A DNA stretch of 64,000 nt from Elusimicrobiota bacterium (GTDB taxonomy: Bacteria; Elusimicrobiota; Elusimicrobia; UBA1565; UBA9628). The position numbers and the translations under genes are program-made. Below are positions 1-8,720 of the stretch, one piece after another. Location of the stretch: the NCBI GenBank assembly GCA_016194705.1, contig JACQAZ010000046.1:2372-66371 (forward strand). The letters run 5' to 3'. The notes under the pieces were generated by a model. That model searched no databases and was not told the origin of the DNA. It saw only the letters and a list, made by a program, of their open reading frames with translations. Every line of letters begins with the position of its first letter. Position 1 is the stretch's first letter.

Positions 1-56
1 CCGCCGAGAAGGCCAAGAAGCTCGTCGACATCCTCATCGAAAGGAAGCTGATCTAA
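1..56 (+). CDS. etfB: Electron transfer flavoprotein beta subunit, 3' end only (truncated by window edge)
   Basis: Frame from nt 3 reads AEKAKKLVDILIERKLI*, a typical EtfB C-terminus. Its TAA overlaps the etfA ATG (TAATG). Confidence 0.75.
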   Translation, partial: AEKAKKLVDILIERKLI

Positions 57-1057
57 TGAGCCAAGCCAACTCGGGCATCCTCGTCGTCGGGCTGGTCCAG
101 CGAGGCAAGCTCGCGTCCTCCGCTTACGAACTCCTGACCGCGGGCCGGGCCCTCGCCGATACCCTCAAAGAGCCTCTCGTCGCCGTCGTGCTCGGCGCCA
201 AGCCGGCGGACTACGCGAAGGACCTCATCGAGCGCGGTGCCGACAAGGCCTTCGTCATCGAGCACCCCTCGCTGGAGAATTTCAACGACGAGCTGCACAC
301 CAAGGCGGTCGCCGAGCTCGTCGAGAAGGAGAAGTTCGGCAAGGTCCTCATCGCGGCCTCGGTGGCCGGCAAATCGCTGGCGGGGCGGCTTGCGGTGCGG
401 CTGCGCGCGGGTCTGGCCGCCGACGCCTCCGAGGTCTACCAGAACGGGACCGGCCTCAAGGCCCGGCGCATGCAGTTCTCCGGAAACATCATCTCCGAGG
501 TCCAATTCGCATCTGCCGTGCAGATAGCGACGGTGCAGCCCATGACCTACCCCCGCTCCGAGAGACAGCCGGGCCGCTCGGGAGAGACGGTCGCCGTGGC
601 CTTCGACCCGGGCCCGGCGCGCATCGAATTCGTGAGCTTCCAGGCCGAGGAGACCTCAGAGGTCGATCTCGGCGCCGCCGAGAGGATCGTCTCCGGAGGC
701 CGCGGCCTGGGCAACGCCGACGGGTTCAAGATCGTCCGCGACCTGGCCCACGCGATCGGCGCCGCCATCGGGGCCAGCCGGGCCGTCGTCGACTCCGGCT
801 GGATACCATACCGGCATCAGGTGGGCTTGACGGGACGCACCGTGCGCCCCAAGCTCTATGTGGCCTGCGGCATCTCCGGCCAGATCCAGCACCTGGCCGG
901 CATGTCCTCGTCTGGCACGATCGTGGCCATCAACACCGACCCCGAGTGCCCGATGATGCAGCTGGCCTCGGTGGCGGTCGTCGGCGACGTCAACGAGCTC
1001 CTGCCCCTGATCACCGCCGAGATCAAGGCGCGCCGCGGCACGGCCGCCGCCGCTTGA
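56..1057 (+). CDS. etfA: Electron transfer flavoprotein alpha subunit
   Basis: FAD-binding motifs DLGAAERIVSGGRG, IGASRAVVD, QVGLTGRTVRPKLYVACGISGQIQHLAGM and AINTDPECP. Confidence 0.97.
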   Translation: MSQANSGILVVGLVQRGKLASSAYELLTAGRALADTLKEPLVAVVLGAKPADYAKDLIERGADKAFVIEHPSLENFNDELHTKAVAELVEKEKFGKVLIAASVAGKSLAGRLAVRLRAGLAADASEVYQNGTGLKARRMQFSGNIISEVQFASAVQIATVQPMTYPRSERQPGRSGETVAVAFDPGPARIEFVSFQAEETSEVDLGAAERIVSGGRGLGNADGFKIVRDLAHAIGAAIGASRAVVDSGWIPYRHQVGLTGRTVRPKLYVACGISGQIQHLAGMSSSGTIVAINTDPECPMMQLASVAVVGDVNELLPLITAEIKARRGTAAAA

Positions 1058-1314
1058 AGTCCTGGTTCGAGGCCGCCGCGGTCCTCGTCGCGGGAGCGGT
1101 GCTGGGCAGCTTCCTCGGCAAGTTCATCGCGACGGTCTCACCTCAGGGAAAGGTCCACGACCTTCTTGCCAACGACATCACGGCCGGTCTTCAGCCGGCG
1201 CACCTCGACCTGCGCGTCGTGGACCTGACCTTCGGCTGCCTTTTCCATTTCAACCTGCTGAGCATCGTCGGCGTCCTGATAGCGGCCTTCCTTTATAAGC
1301 GCCTCCTGCGCTGA
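1054..1314 (+). CDS. Small membrane protein, DUF4321-like
   Basis: TTG start overlaps the etfA stop (TTGA). 86 aa with two hydrophobic segments flanking HLDLRVVDLTFG..FNLLSIVGVLIA, which resembles DUF4321. Confidence 0.7.
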   Translation: MKSWFEAAAVLVAGAVLGSFLGKFIATVSPQGKVHDLLANDITAGLQPAHLDLRVVDLTFGCLFHFNLLSIVGVLIAAFLYKRLLR

Positions 1315-1339
1315 TCGCCGCGTAGCCGGGCACCCAGGG

Positions 1340-1381
1340 ATTGTCAGTTTTTCTGGCCATATGTCCGGAAAACCTGACAAT
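1340..1381. terminator. Imperfect hairpin between convergent genes, probable bidirectional terminator
   Basis: ATTGTCAG-TTTTTC-TGG...CCG-GAAAA-C-CTGACAAT inverted repeat in an AT-richer gap between stops at 1314 (+) and 1394 (-). Confidence 0.45.
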
Positions 1382-1393
1382 CTTTGAGGGCGC

Positions 1394-1891
1394 TTACTTG
1401 ACCTGCGGCGGAGGAGCGTTGATGGCGTCTTCGACGTCCGATTTGTAGAAGAACATCGGCGAGACCTTGTGCCAGATGCGGCCGTATTGGTCGATGACGA
1501 AGATCGCGGGGATGCCGTGCACGCGGAAAGCCCGTTCGGCTTTGCCTTCGGAATCGATGCCGATCCACGCCTTCATCGGATGGGTCCTGAGGAAGTCCTC
1601 GATCTGCTCGCTCGGCTCGCTGGTGACCGAGATGAAGCGCACGGGCCGGCCGTCGAAGGCTTCCACCATCTTGTTCATCGCGGGTATGCCCTGGACGCAG
1701 GGACCGCACCAGGTGGCCCAGAACTCCAGGACGACCGCCTGTCCCTTGAGGTCCTTGAGCGATCCCAGCGACGATTGAGGAGCCTGCAGCAAGATCGGGA
1801 TGGCCACCTCGGGAGCCTCTCCTTTCGGACCGCGGCCGCAAGCGGCCAAGGCGAGGAGGGCGATCAAAACGAGCCGGCTAGAACGACCCAT
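1394..1891 (-). CDS. TlpA/ResA-family thioredoxin-like lipoprotein
   Basis: VVLEFWATWCGPC (CxxC) motif; lipobox LALAAC. Confidence 0.9.
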   Translation of the reverse strand: MGRSSRLVLIALLALAACGRGPKGEAPEVAIPILLQAPQSSLGSLKDLKGQAVVLEFWATWCGPCVQGIPAMNKMVEAFDGRPVRFISVTSEPSEQIEDFLRTHPMKAWIGIDSEGKAERAFRVHGIPAIFVIDQYGRIWHKVSPMFFYKSDVEDAINAPPPQVK

Positions 1892-2924
1892 CGCGGAACG
1901 GGTAGGCGCGCTGGCCCGGGTCTTTGACGCCCTGGCTCTGCAGGAAGGCCTTGATGATCTTCTCCTCGGCCTGGCGCCACTTGATCTCGGGGGCGCCCGA
2001 GCCCACCTCGACGGAGCCGCCCGCGATCATCCCGTGGCCGCCGCCCCGGTTTCCGCCGCCGAGCAGGCGTTTGAGCAGGCGCCCCGCCTCGCCGCCCGCG
2101 TCAGAGGTGCGCAGCGAGACGTGCAGGCGGGCTTGGTAGCGGCCCGTGACGATGGACCAGCTGCTCTTCTCGTGCGTCAGCAGGAAATCGGCGATCTGGG
2201 CCACGCGGTCGGGAGTGCGCAGGGCGCCGAGGTTCACGCCGATGACGTTCTTGACCGTGAAGGCGTGGCGTATGCCGCGGGCCAGATCGCCGAAGAAATT
2301 CGAGGACCTGCGGGGATAGGAAATCTTCCAAAGCACCCTCATGTTGGCCTTCGGCCAGAAGGCCTGGTAGACGGCCATGTCGCGCGGGCCGGCCTCGCGG
2401 CCCAGGTTCTGGGTCTCCGAGCCGATGCCGTAGACAATCGCGGTCGCAAGCTTCCGCGGGACCTTTAGCCCCGAGCGCAGCAGCGCCTCGCCGAGGATCG
2501 TCGACGTCGCCCCGGCGGACTCGTCGATCAGCGCGAGGTCCGCCTGGGTGTCCGGGTGGCGGGGATGGTGGTCGATGATGAGGTCGGGCCGGCCGCGCGG
2601 GGAGAAGCGGTTGTTGCGGAAAGGCGGCTGGGTGTCGACGAGCGCGACGTGCGCGGCCTCGCGCAGCTCGCCCTTGCGCAGGGGGTTGGCGGGGATGAGC
2701 AGGCGCTCGGCCATGAGACGGTTCTCCGCACGACCGATGATCCCGCCGTAGACGATCCGCGCGCGGACCTTCGAGAGCCCGTGCGCGAGATGGGCCAGGG
2801 CCCACGCGCTGGCCAGGGCGTCGGGGTCTGGGTGGTCGTGGGTCAGGATCGTCAATGGGGCCAACTTCTTTCCGTGGCGCGCCAGCAGGTTGAGCAGGCG
2901 GTGCGCGTGAAAGGAGGTCTTCAT
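1878..2924 (-). CDS. DHH/DHHA1-family phosphoesterase
   Basis: Motifs THDHPDPDALASA, LVDTQ, IIDHHP and GGGHGMIAGG. ATG at 2924 overlaps the dacA stop (ATGA), so the start is trimmed from the ORF-track value 2954. Confidence 0.9.
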   Translation of the reverse strand: MKTSFHAHRLLNLLARHGKKLAPLTILTHDHPDPDALASAWALAHLAHGLSKVRARIVYGGIIGRAENRLMAERLLIPANPLRKGELREAAHVALVDTQPPFRNNRFSPRGRPDLIIDHHPRHPDTQADLALIDESAGATSTILGEALLRSGLKVPRKLATAIVYGIGSETQNLGREAGPRDMAVYQAFWPKANMRVLWKISYPRRSSNFFGDLARGIRHAFTVKNVIGVNLGALRTPDRVAQIADFLLTHEKSSWSIVTGRYQARLHVSLRTSDAGGEAGRLLKRLLGGGNRGGGHGMIAGGSVEVGSGAPEIKWRQAEEKIIKAFLQSQGVKDPGQRAYPFRDGSF

Positions 2925-3799
2925 CGCGAGCCGATCCCGATGAAGAAGAGCCACATGAGGATCGAGACGCCGACCGCGATGGCCTTTTCGCGCGTGTTGT
3001 GCCTCAGGAAGCTCATGAGGCTCCTCTCGGAGGGGCGGGGCGCCTTCTCGAGGAAGAAGCCCTCGACGGTCTCCTGGAGGGTCCGCAGATCGGGCATGTT
3101 CTTGAGCTCGCCGCGCTCGGCCACCGAGATCGAGCCTTTCTCCTCGCTGACGATCAAGGCCATCGCGTCGGTGCGCTCGGTGAGCCCCAAGGCCGCAGTG
3201 TGGCGCGTGCCCAGGTTGGTCGTCTTGGCGAACTCCTTGGACAGCGGCAGGATGCAGCCGAAGCGCGTCACCTTGCCCTGCTCGATGAGGACCGCGCCGT
3301 CGTGGCCCAGGGAATGGGAGTCGAAGATGCTCTCGAGGATCGCCTCCGAGAGTTCGCCGTTGAGGTCCCAGCCGCCCTCGATGTGGCGGTCCAGGGGATC
3401 GGCCCCGTGCAGCACGATCAAGGCTCCGATTTTCTCGCGCGCGAAGTTGGCGACGGTTCCTACGAGAATCTCGACCTCCTTGGGCGAGGACTCCTCATTG
3501 GCTCCGCCCTGAAGGCTCCAGACCGCGATGCGCTCGAAGATGTGGCGCAGCTCCTCTTGGAAGATCACGACGATCGCGATGATCAGCACCGCGAAGAAGC
3601 CCTGAAAGATCCAGACGGTCATGTACATGCCCATGATGCGCGCCACCGTGTAGACCAGGGCCAGCACGAGGATGCCCATCGCGACGAAGGCCGTCTTGGT
3701 CTTCTTGAACCAAACGAGCAAAGCGTAGAGCAAGGTCGAGACCAGCGCGATATCGAGCGCGTCCTTGACGTGGACCGCTCCCAGCATTCCCAAGTTCAT
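2921..3799 (-). CDS. dacA: Diadenylate cyclase, CdaA/DacA type, three N-terminal TM segments
   Basis: DALDIALV TM start, IVIFQEELR, KIGALIV, IFDSHSLGHDGAVLI, GTRHTAALGLTERTDA and VSEEKGSIS. SD AAGGAGG precedes ATG 3799. Confidence 0.92.
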   Translation of the reverse strand: MNLGMLGAVHVKDALDIALVSTLLYALLVWFKKTKTAFVAMGILVLALVYTVARIMGMYMTVWIFQGFFAVLIIAIVVIFQEELRHIFERIAVWSLQGGANEESSPKEVEILVGTVANFAREKIGALIVLHGADPLDRHIEGGWDLNGELSEAILESIFDSHSLGHDGAVLIEQGKVTRFGCILPLSKEFAKTTNLGTRHTAALGLTERTDAMALIVSEEKGSISVAERGELKNMPDLRTLQETVEGFFLEKAPRPSERSLMSFLRHNTREKAIAVGVSILMWLFFIGIGSR

Positions 3800-4326
3800 C
3801 GGTGGGCCTCCTTCTTCTTGTCTCCGAGGAGCTCGGGCATGCTCCAGATCATGTCCTTTCGCGAGTAGGCCGAGAGCTCGACATCGTTCGCGTCCATGTG
3901 GATCGCGTCGACGGGGCAGGCCTCGACGCAGTAGCCGCAGAAGACGCAGAGCCCCAGGTCGATGTCGAAGCTCTTGGCGCGCTTCTCGATCTGGACGTCG
4001 GGGCTGTCCTCGGCGACGATGTGGATGCACTTGGCCGGGCAGATCGTCTCGCAGCACATGCAGGCCGTGCAGCGCGGCGTCCCGTCGTCGCGCTTCAAAA
4101 GACGGTGCCGGGTGCGCGCGCGGTTCCCAAGCATCGCCGGCACATCGGGAAACTGGATCGTGACCGCGCCGGGCTCCTTCGAGAGCCCGAGCTCGAAGAG
4201 GACGTGCCGGCTCATGTTGACGAAGAAATGCCTCAGGGTGATCAGCAGTCCCTTCAAGATCTCGAGGAAATAGATCTGGGTCGCCATGGTGCGCGCGGGG
4301 CGGCGCACGGTCGTCACCGAAATCAC
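3796..4326 (-). CDS. nuoI: NADH-quinone oxidoreductase subunit I
   Basis: Two 4Fe-4S motifs, CTACMCCETICP and CVFCGYCVEACP. GTG start overlaps the nuoH stop (GTGA); alternative ATG at 4288. Confidence 0.93.
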   Translation of the reverse strand: MISVTTVRRPARTMATQIYFLEILKGLLITLRHFFVNMSRHVLFELGLSKEPGAVTIQFPDVPAMLGNRARTRHRLLKRDDGTPRCTACMCCETICPAKCIHIVAEDSPDVQIEKRAKSFDIDLGLCVFCGYCVEACPVDAIHMDANDVELSAYSRKDMIWSMPELLGDKKKEAHR

Positions 4327-5348
4327 AGGCGGCTCCGAAGGTAGACCGCCCAGATCGTGACGATGAAGTTGGCCAGGGCCAGCGGCAGCACGTTCTTCCA
4401 ACCGAGGTGGAGGAGCTGATCGAAGCGGAAGCGCGGCAAGGTCCAGCGGACCTGCATGAGCAGGAAGAGTGTGACGAAGAGCTTGACCGTGAAGGACGCC
4501 AGCATCAAGACCGCTCCGAGCGCGCCATGCGGCTCGTAGAACGGGATCGTCCAGCCGCCCAAGAACAGCGTCGTCACCAGGCCAGCGACGACGACGGACT
4601 CGACGAAGTCGGTCATCATGAACATGCCCATCTTCATGCCCGAGTACTCGACGAAGTAGCCGACGATCTCGGACTCCCCCTCGGGAAGGTCGAACGGGGC
4701 GCGCTTGGTCTCGGCCACGCCGGCGGTCACGAAGAGCAGGAAGCCCAGAGGCTGCACGAGGATGCCCCAGGCGTGACGGCCCTGCCACAGCACGGCCTGC
4801 TGAAGGTCGAGGGTCCCGTAGATGAACAGGAGGCCCGCGAGGCTCGCGGCCAGGCAGACCTCGTAGGAGATCATCTGCGCGCCGCCGCGCAAGGCGCCCA
4901 GCAGGCCGTAGTTCGAGCCCGAGGCGTAGCCCGCCATCATGACGCCGTGCACGCCGAGGCCGAGCATCGCCAGGACAAAGAGCAGGCCGACGGGGCTCTC
5001 GACGGGCTGCAGGCTCCAGGAGCGGCCGGCGACCTCGACGACGCCGCCGAAGGGGAGCGCCGCCAGGCAGAGCAGGGCGAATCCCAGCGAGATCACCGGA
5101 GCCGCGCCATGGAGTCCCTTGCGCGCGCCCTTCGGAACGAAGTCCTCCTTGGTGAGGAGCTTGATCGTGTCGGCGAGCATGTGGATGAGGCCCCAAAGCT
5201 TGAAGCCGAAGATCGCGGCGCGGTTCGCTCCGATGCGGTCCTGCATGACGGCGCTCTGCTTGCGCTCAGCCCAGGCCAGAAGGCCGGCGACGTTGAGCCC
5301 GAAGCCCAGCGCGGCCGCGACCTTGAGGAGCGGCCATGCCGCCGTCAT
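4323..5348 (-). CDS. nuoH: NADH-quinone oxidoreductase subunit H
   Basis: ERKQSAVMQDRIGANR, ADTIKLLTKED, AETKRAPFDLPEGESEIVGYFVEYSG and RWTLPRFRFDQL. Confidence 0.97.
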   Translation of the reverse strand: MTAAWPLLKVAAALGFGLNVAGLLAWAERKQSAVMQDRIGANRAAIFGFKLWGLIHMLADTIKLLTKEDFVPKGARKGLHGAAPVISLGFALLCLAALPFGGVVEVAGRSWSLQPVESPVGLLFVLAMLGLGVHGVMMAGYASGSNYGLLGALRGGAQMISYEVCLAASLAGLLFIYGTLDLQQAVLWQGRHAWGILVQPLGFLLFVTAGVAETKRAPFDLPEGESEIVGYFVEYSGMKMGMFMMTDFVESVVVAGLVTTLFLGGWTIPFYEPHGALGAVLMLASFTVKLFVTLFLLMQVRWTLPRFRFDQLLHLGWKNVLPLALANFIVTIWAVYLRSRL

Positions 5349-6874
5349 GCTACGGCCTCCTCTCGCCGATCGCCGGCCAAGTGTTCGGCCAGACCATGGA
5401 AGATCGCCCAGTCGGGCTTGGCCGATCCCAGCGGCTCGAGGGCCTTCTTGTAGGCCTGGACCGTCCCCCCGAAATTCGTGAAGTGCCCCTCCTCCTCGAC
5501 GTAGGCGGTCGCGGGCAGGCGATAATGCGCGAGGTCGCCCGTCGCGGTCTTATTGGGGCCCTGGAAGATCACGAGACCGAGCTTGGACAGCAAATCGGCC
5601 GTACGCTGGCCCCACACTTTGGTTAAGTCGCGCTCGACAACGTACAGGCCCCAGACCTTTCCGGCCTCGATGTCCTTGGCCAGGGAGTCCCACGAAGCCG
5701 AGGGGATCTCCGTGCCGAAGCCCTGGGCCTGGCCGCCCTTGAGGTTGGGGACCTTCTCGCGCTTGCGCAGGAGCTCATCCTCCTCCCCGAGCTGGTCGGG
5801 CTCGGGGCCGAAGACGAAGTGCTTGACGCCCAAGGTGTCGACGAAGAGGACCTTGAACGCGGCCCAGTCCTCGTTCGAGAGCATGCCAGAGGCGATCACG
5901 ACGAGCCCTCCCGCCCCCTTGCCCGCCGAGCGCGAGGCCAGGGCGGAGGCGATCTCCTCGAAGGCCTCGGTCCACGAGAGCTCGCGGCGCTGGTCCTTGA
6001 GACGCATCACGCGGCCCAATCGATCATGATCCAGGCTGTCATACCCGAATCTTCCATCGTCGCAGATCCACCAGCCGTTGACCTCGGGGTTGTGGCGCGG
6101 CTTGATGCGGGCGACGCGCCTGCCGTCGTTGTGCCAGGGCCTCTCCGTGTTCGTGTGCACGGAGGTCGAGCACCCGCGGCTGCAGCCGGGGCAGACCGAG
6201 TCGGTCTCGTCGAGGTACCAAACCCTTACCTTGTAGCGGAAATCCTTCTCCGTGAGAGCCCCGACGGGGCAGATGTCGACGACGTTGCCGGAATAAGGGT
6301 TGTCGAGCGTCTTGCCTGGGACCAGGTCGATGTATTGCCCGTGTCCGCGGCCGAAGATGCCGAGCTCGTGGGTCTTTGTGACCTCGTCGACGAAGCGGGT
6401 GCACCGCGTGCAGAGGATGCAGCGCTCCTGGTCGAGCATCACGTGGGGGCCGGCCTCGATGCGCTTGCCCTTGTGCAGCTTGTCCTCGCGGACCTGGCTC
6501 TCGTAGCGGCCGATCTCCATGTAGTAGTCCTGCAGGCCGCACTCGCCGCTCTGATCGCAGACCGGGCAGTCGAGCGGATGGTTGACGAGGTGCAGCTCGA
6601 GCGAGGACTGCTGAGCGCGCATGGCGGCCGGCGAGTCGGAAGCCACGACCATGCCTTCCTTGACGAAGGTCCGGCAGGAGACCAGCGGCTTGGGCGCGCC
6701 TTGGACCTCGACGACGCAGAGCCGGCAGTTGCCCGGATTGCCCAGCGCGGGATGGTAGCAGTAGTGCGGGATCTCGACGCCGGCGTCCTTGGCGGCGTCG
6801 ATCAGGAGCCGGCCCTCCGGTGCCTCGACCTCGCGGCCGTTGAGCTTGAACTTGACCGTCTTGGACTCGCTCAT
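5345..6874 (-). CDS. nuoG: NADH-quinone oxidoreductase subunit G (short, 509 aa)
   Basis: IPHYCYHP..GNCRLC..SC (N1b), HPLDCPVCDQSGEC.LQD, RCILCTRCTRF and CPVGAL; CPGCSRGC (N7-type motif). Confidence 0.93.
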   Translation of the reverse strand: MSESKTVKFKLNGREVEAPEGRLLIDAAKDAGVEIPHYCYHPALGNPGNCRLCVVEVQGAPKPLVSCRTFVKEGMVVASDSPAAMRAQQSSLELHLVNHPLDCPVCDQSGECGLQDYYMEIGRYESQVREDKLHKGKRIEAGPHVMLDQERCILCTRCTRFVDEVTKTHELGIFGRGHGQYIDLVPGKTLDNPYSGNVVDICPVGALTEKDFRYKVRVWYLDETDSVCPGCSRGCSTSVHTNTERPWHNDGRRVARIKPRHNPEVNGWWICDDGRFGYDSLDHDRLGRVMRLKDQRRELSWTEAFEEIASALASRSAGKGAGGLVVIASGMLSNEDWAAFKVLFVDTLGVKHFVFGPEPDQLGEEDELLRKREKVPNLKGGQAQGFGTEIPSASWDSLAKDIEAGKVWGLYVVERDLTKVWGQRTADLLSKLGLVIFQGPNKTATGDLAHYRLPATAYVEEEGHFTNFGGTVQAYKKALEPLGSAKPDWAIFHGLAEHLAGDRREEAVA

Positions 6875-8115
6875 GCGGGCACCTTCGACTTAAAGTCGTC
6901 CGGGAACTTCTTCATGAAGCCGCGCGTGACCATGCCCACCGTGTCTCCGAGCGCGCAGATGACCTTGCCCGTGATGTTCTCGCCGATGCGCTGGAGGTTC
7001 GGGAGATCTCCGCTGGTCCCCTTGCCCTCGAGCATCCGACCGAGGATGCGGGTGGTCCACTCGCTGCCCTCGCGGCAGGGCGTGCATTGGCCGCAGGACT
7101 CGTGGGCGAGGAAGCGCTCGATGTTGTGCGCGACCTCGGACATGTCGCGGGTCTCATCGAGAACGATGACCCCGCCGGCCCCCAAAAACGAGCCGACCGA
7201 GCGAAGGGAGTCGAAATCCATCGGCGTGTCGAGCTCGGAGGCGGAGAGAGGCGGCGTCGAGGCGCCGCCCGGGATGACGGCCTTGACCTTTCGCCCCCCT
7301 CGGACGCCGCCCGCGGCGTCGATGATTGCACGCAGCGGGGCGCCCATCGCGAACTCGTAGACGCCGGGCTTCTCGACGTCCCCCGAGACTGAGTAGACCG
7401 CCGTGCCTCCGCTGCCGGGAAGCTTCTTCTCGGGGTTCGGGAGCACGCCGAGCTTGGCGAACCAGTCGCCTCCGTTGACGATGATGTGCGGCAGCATCGC
7501 GAGCGTCTCGACGTTGTTGACGACCGTCGGCTGGCCCATGAGGCCCACGACCGTTGGAAAGGGAGGCGGCTGGCGCGGCCAAGCCTTTTTGCCCTCCATC
7601 GTCTCGAGCAGCGCGGTGTCTAGGCCGCAGATGTAGGCCCCGGCGCCGCGCATGAGGCGGACCCTGACCTTGCCGGTCAGCCCCGCCTCATCCGCCTCGG
7701 CGATCGCTTTCTCGAGGATCTTGAACGGGATGCCGTACTCGCCGCGGATGAAGATGAAGGCCCACTCGGCCGAGACGGCGTGGGCCGCGATGAGCAGGCC
7801 CTCGATGATCTGGTGCGGCGCGCGCTCGCCGAGCACGCGGTCCTTGAAGCAGCCGGGCTCGCTCTCATCGTAGTTGGCAACCACATACCGCTCGGGCGCC
7901 TTGTCGGCGGGCGGCATCGTGCTCCACTTGCCGCCGACCGGGAAGCCCGCGCCGCCCAGGCCGCGGAGGTTGGATTTGGCGACCTCGGCCGCGATCTCGG
8001 CGGGCTTCATCTTCAGCGCCTTCTCGAGCCCTTTGTAGCCGCCGAGCTTGCGGTAGGTCGCCAGCTCGTGGAGCTTGGGCTCGTTAAAATGCTGCGTAAG
8101 AATCTTCGTACTCAT
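6871..8115 (-). CDS. nuoF: NADH-quinone oxidoreductase subunit F
   Basis: LRGLGGAGFP, DESEPG..KDR, GAGAYICG, NNVETL, ESCGQCTPCREG and ICALGD (N3 cluster). Confidence 0.95.
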   Translation of the reverse strand: MSTKILTQHFNEPKLHELATYRKLGGYKGLEKALKMKPAEIAAEVAKSNLRGLGGAGFPVGGKWSTMPPADKAPERYVVANYDESEPGCFKDRVLGERAPHQIIEGLLIAAHAVSAEWAFIFIRGEYGIPFKILEKAIAEADEAGLTGKVRVRLMRGAGAYICGLDTALLETMEGKKAWPRQPPPFPTVVGLMGQPTVVNNVETLAMLPHIIVNGGDWFAKLGVLPNPEKKLPGSGGTAVYSVSGDVEKPGVYEFAMGAPLRAIIDAAGGVRGGRKVKAVIPGGASTPPLSASELDTPMDFDSLRSVGSFLGAGGVIVLDETRDMSEVAHNIERFLAHESCGQCTPCREGSEWTTRILGRMLEGKGTSGDLPNLQRIGENITGKVICALGDTVGMVTRGFMKKFPDDFKSKVPA

Positions 8116-8231
8116 CTTACCTGTGGTGCCGGGGTTGTAGAACTGTCGCCGGGGACAGTTGATGCCAGGCCGTCCATGAAGATCGAACTCTTGCCGGCAA
8201 GAGTCTTAATGTCTGGCACTTTGACCATCGA

Positions 8232-8720
8232 CTACTTGCCTCCCCTCGCAACTTTGGCGACCACATCTTCCGTGGCCTTTCCCTGTAGGTCCTCGTTGAC
8301 GAGGAGCGCCGGCGCGAAATCGCAGGCGCCCAGGCACTCCATCTCTTCCCACGAGAACTCGCCGTCCTTGGTCGTCACGCCCTCGGGAACGCCGAGCTTG
8401 TCCTCGAGGCATTTGGCCATCTTGTCCGAACCCGCCAAAGCGCAAGAGAGGCCGTGGCAGAGGCCGACGCGCTTGCGGCCCGTGGGTGCCTGCGTGAACA
8501 TCGGGAAAAAGGTGACCAATTCGTGCACGCGCGTGCGCGTGGTCTTGAAAAGCGAGGCGACGTAGTCCTCATGCTCGGGCCTCACGCAGAGATTCCATAG
8601 CTGGACCTGGCGCAGGGCCTCGAGCAGGCCCATGATCGGATAGGGATAGTGCGCGGTCCAAGACTTCAGGACTTTCTCCTCCTCGGCAGTGAAGGGCTTG
8701 GCCGCCGCTACGGGAGTCAT
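8232..8720 (-). CDS. nuoE: NADH-quinone oxidoreductase subunit E
   Basis: VTFFPMF, VGLCHGLSCALAG and EMECLGACDFAP (2Fe-2S N1a). ATG 8720 overlaps the nuoD stop. Confidence 0.93.
   Translation of the reverse strand: MTPVAAAKPFTAEEEKVLKSWTAHYPYPIMGLLEALRQVQLWNLCVRPEHEDYVASLFKTTRTRVHELVTFFPMFTQAPTGRKRVGLCHGLSCALAGSDKMAKCLEDKLGVPEGVTTKDGEFSWEEMECLGACDFAPALLVNEDLQGKATEDVVAKVARGGK

Noticed and set aside
5345-6874. nuoG as a frameshifted pseudogene
   Set aside because: Its stop overlaps the nuoH start, and no remnant of the missing part follows.
8112-8228. 38-aa ORF between nuoE and nuoF as a real CDS
   Set aside because: No recognisable motif, atypical codon usage and no clear SD. It is kept only as part of the spacer finding.
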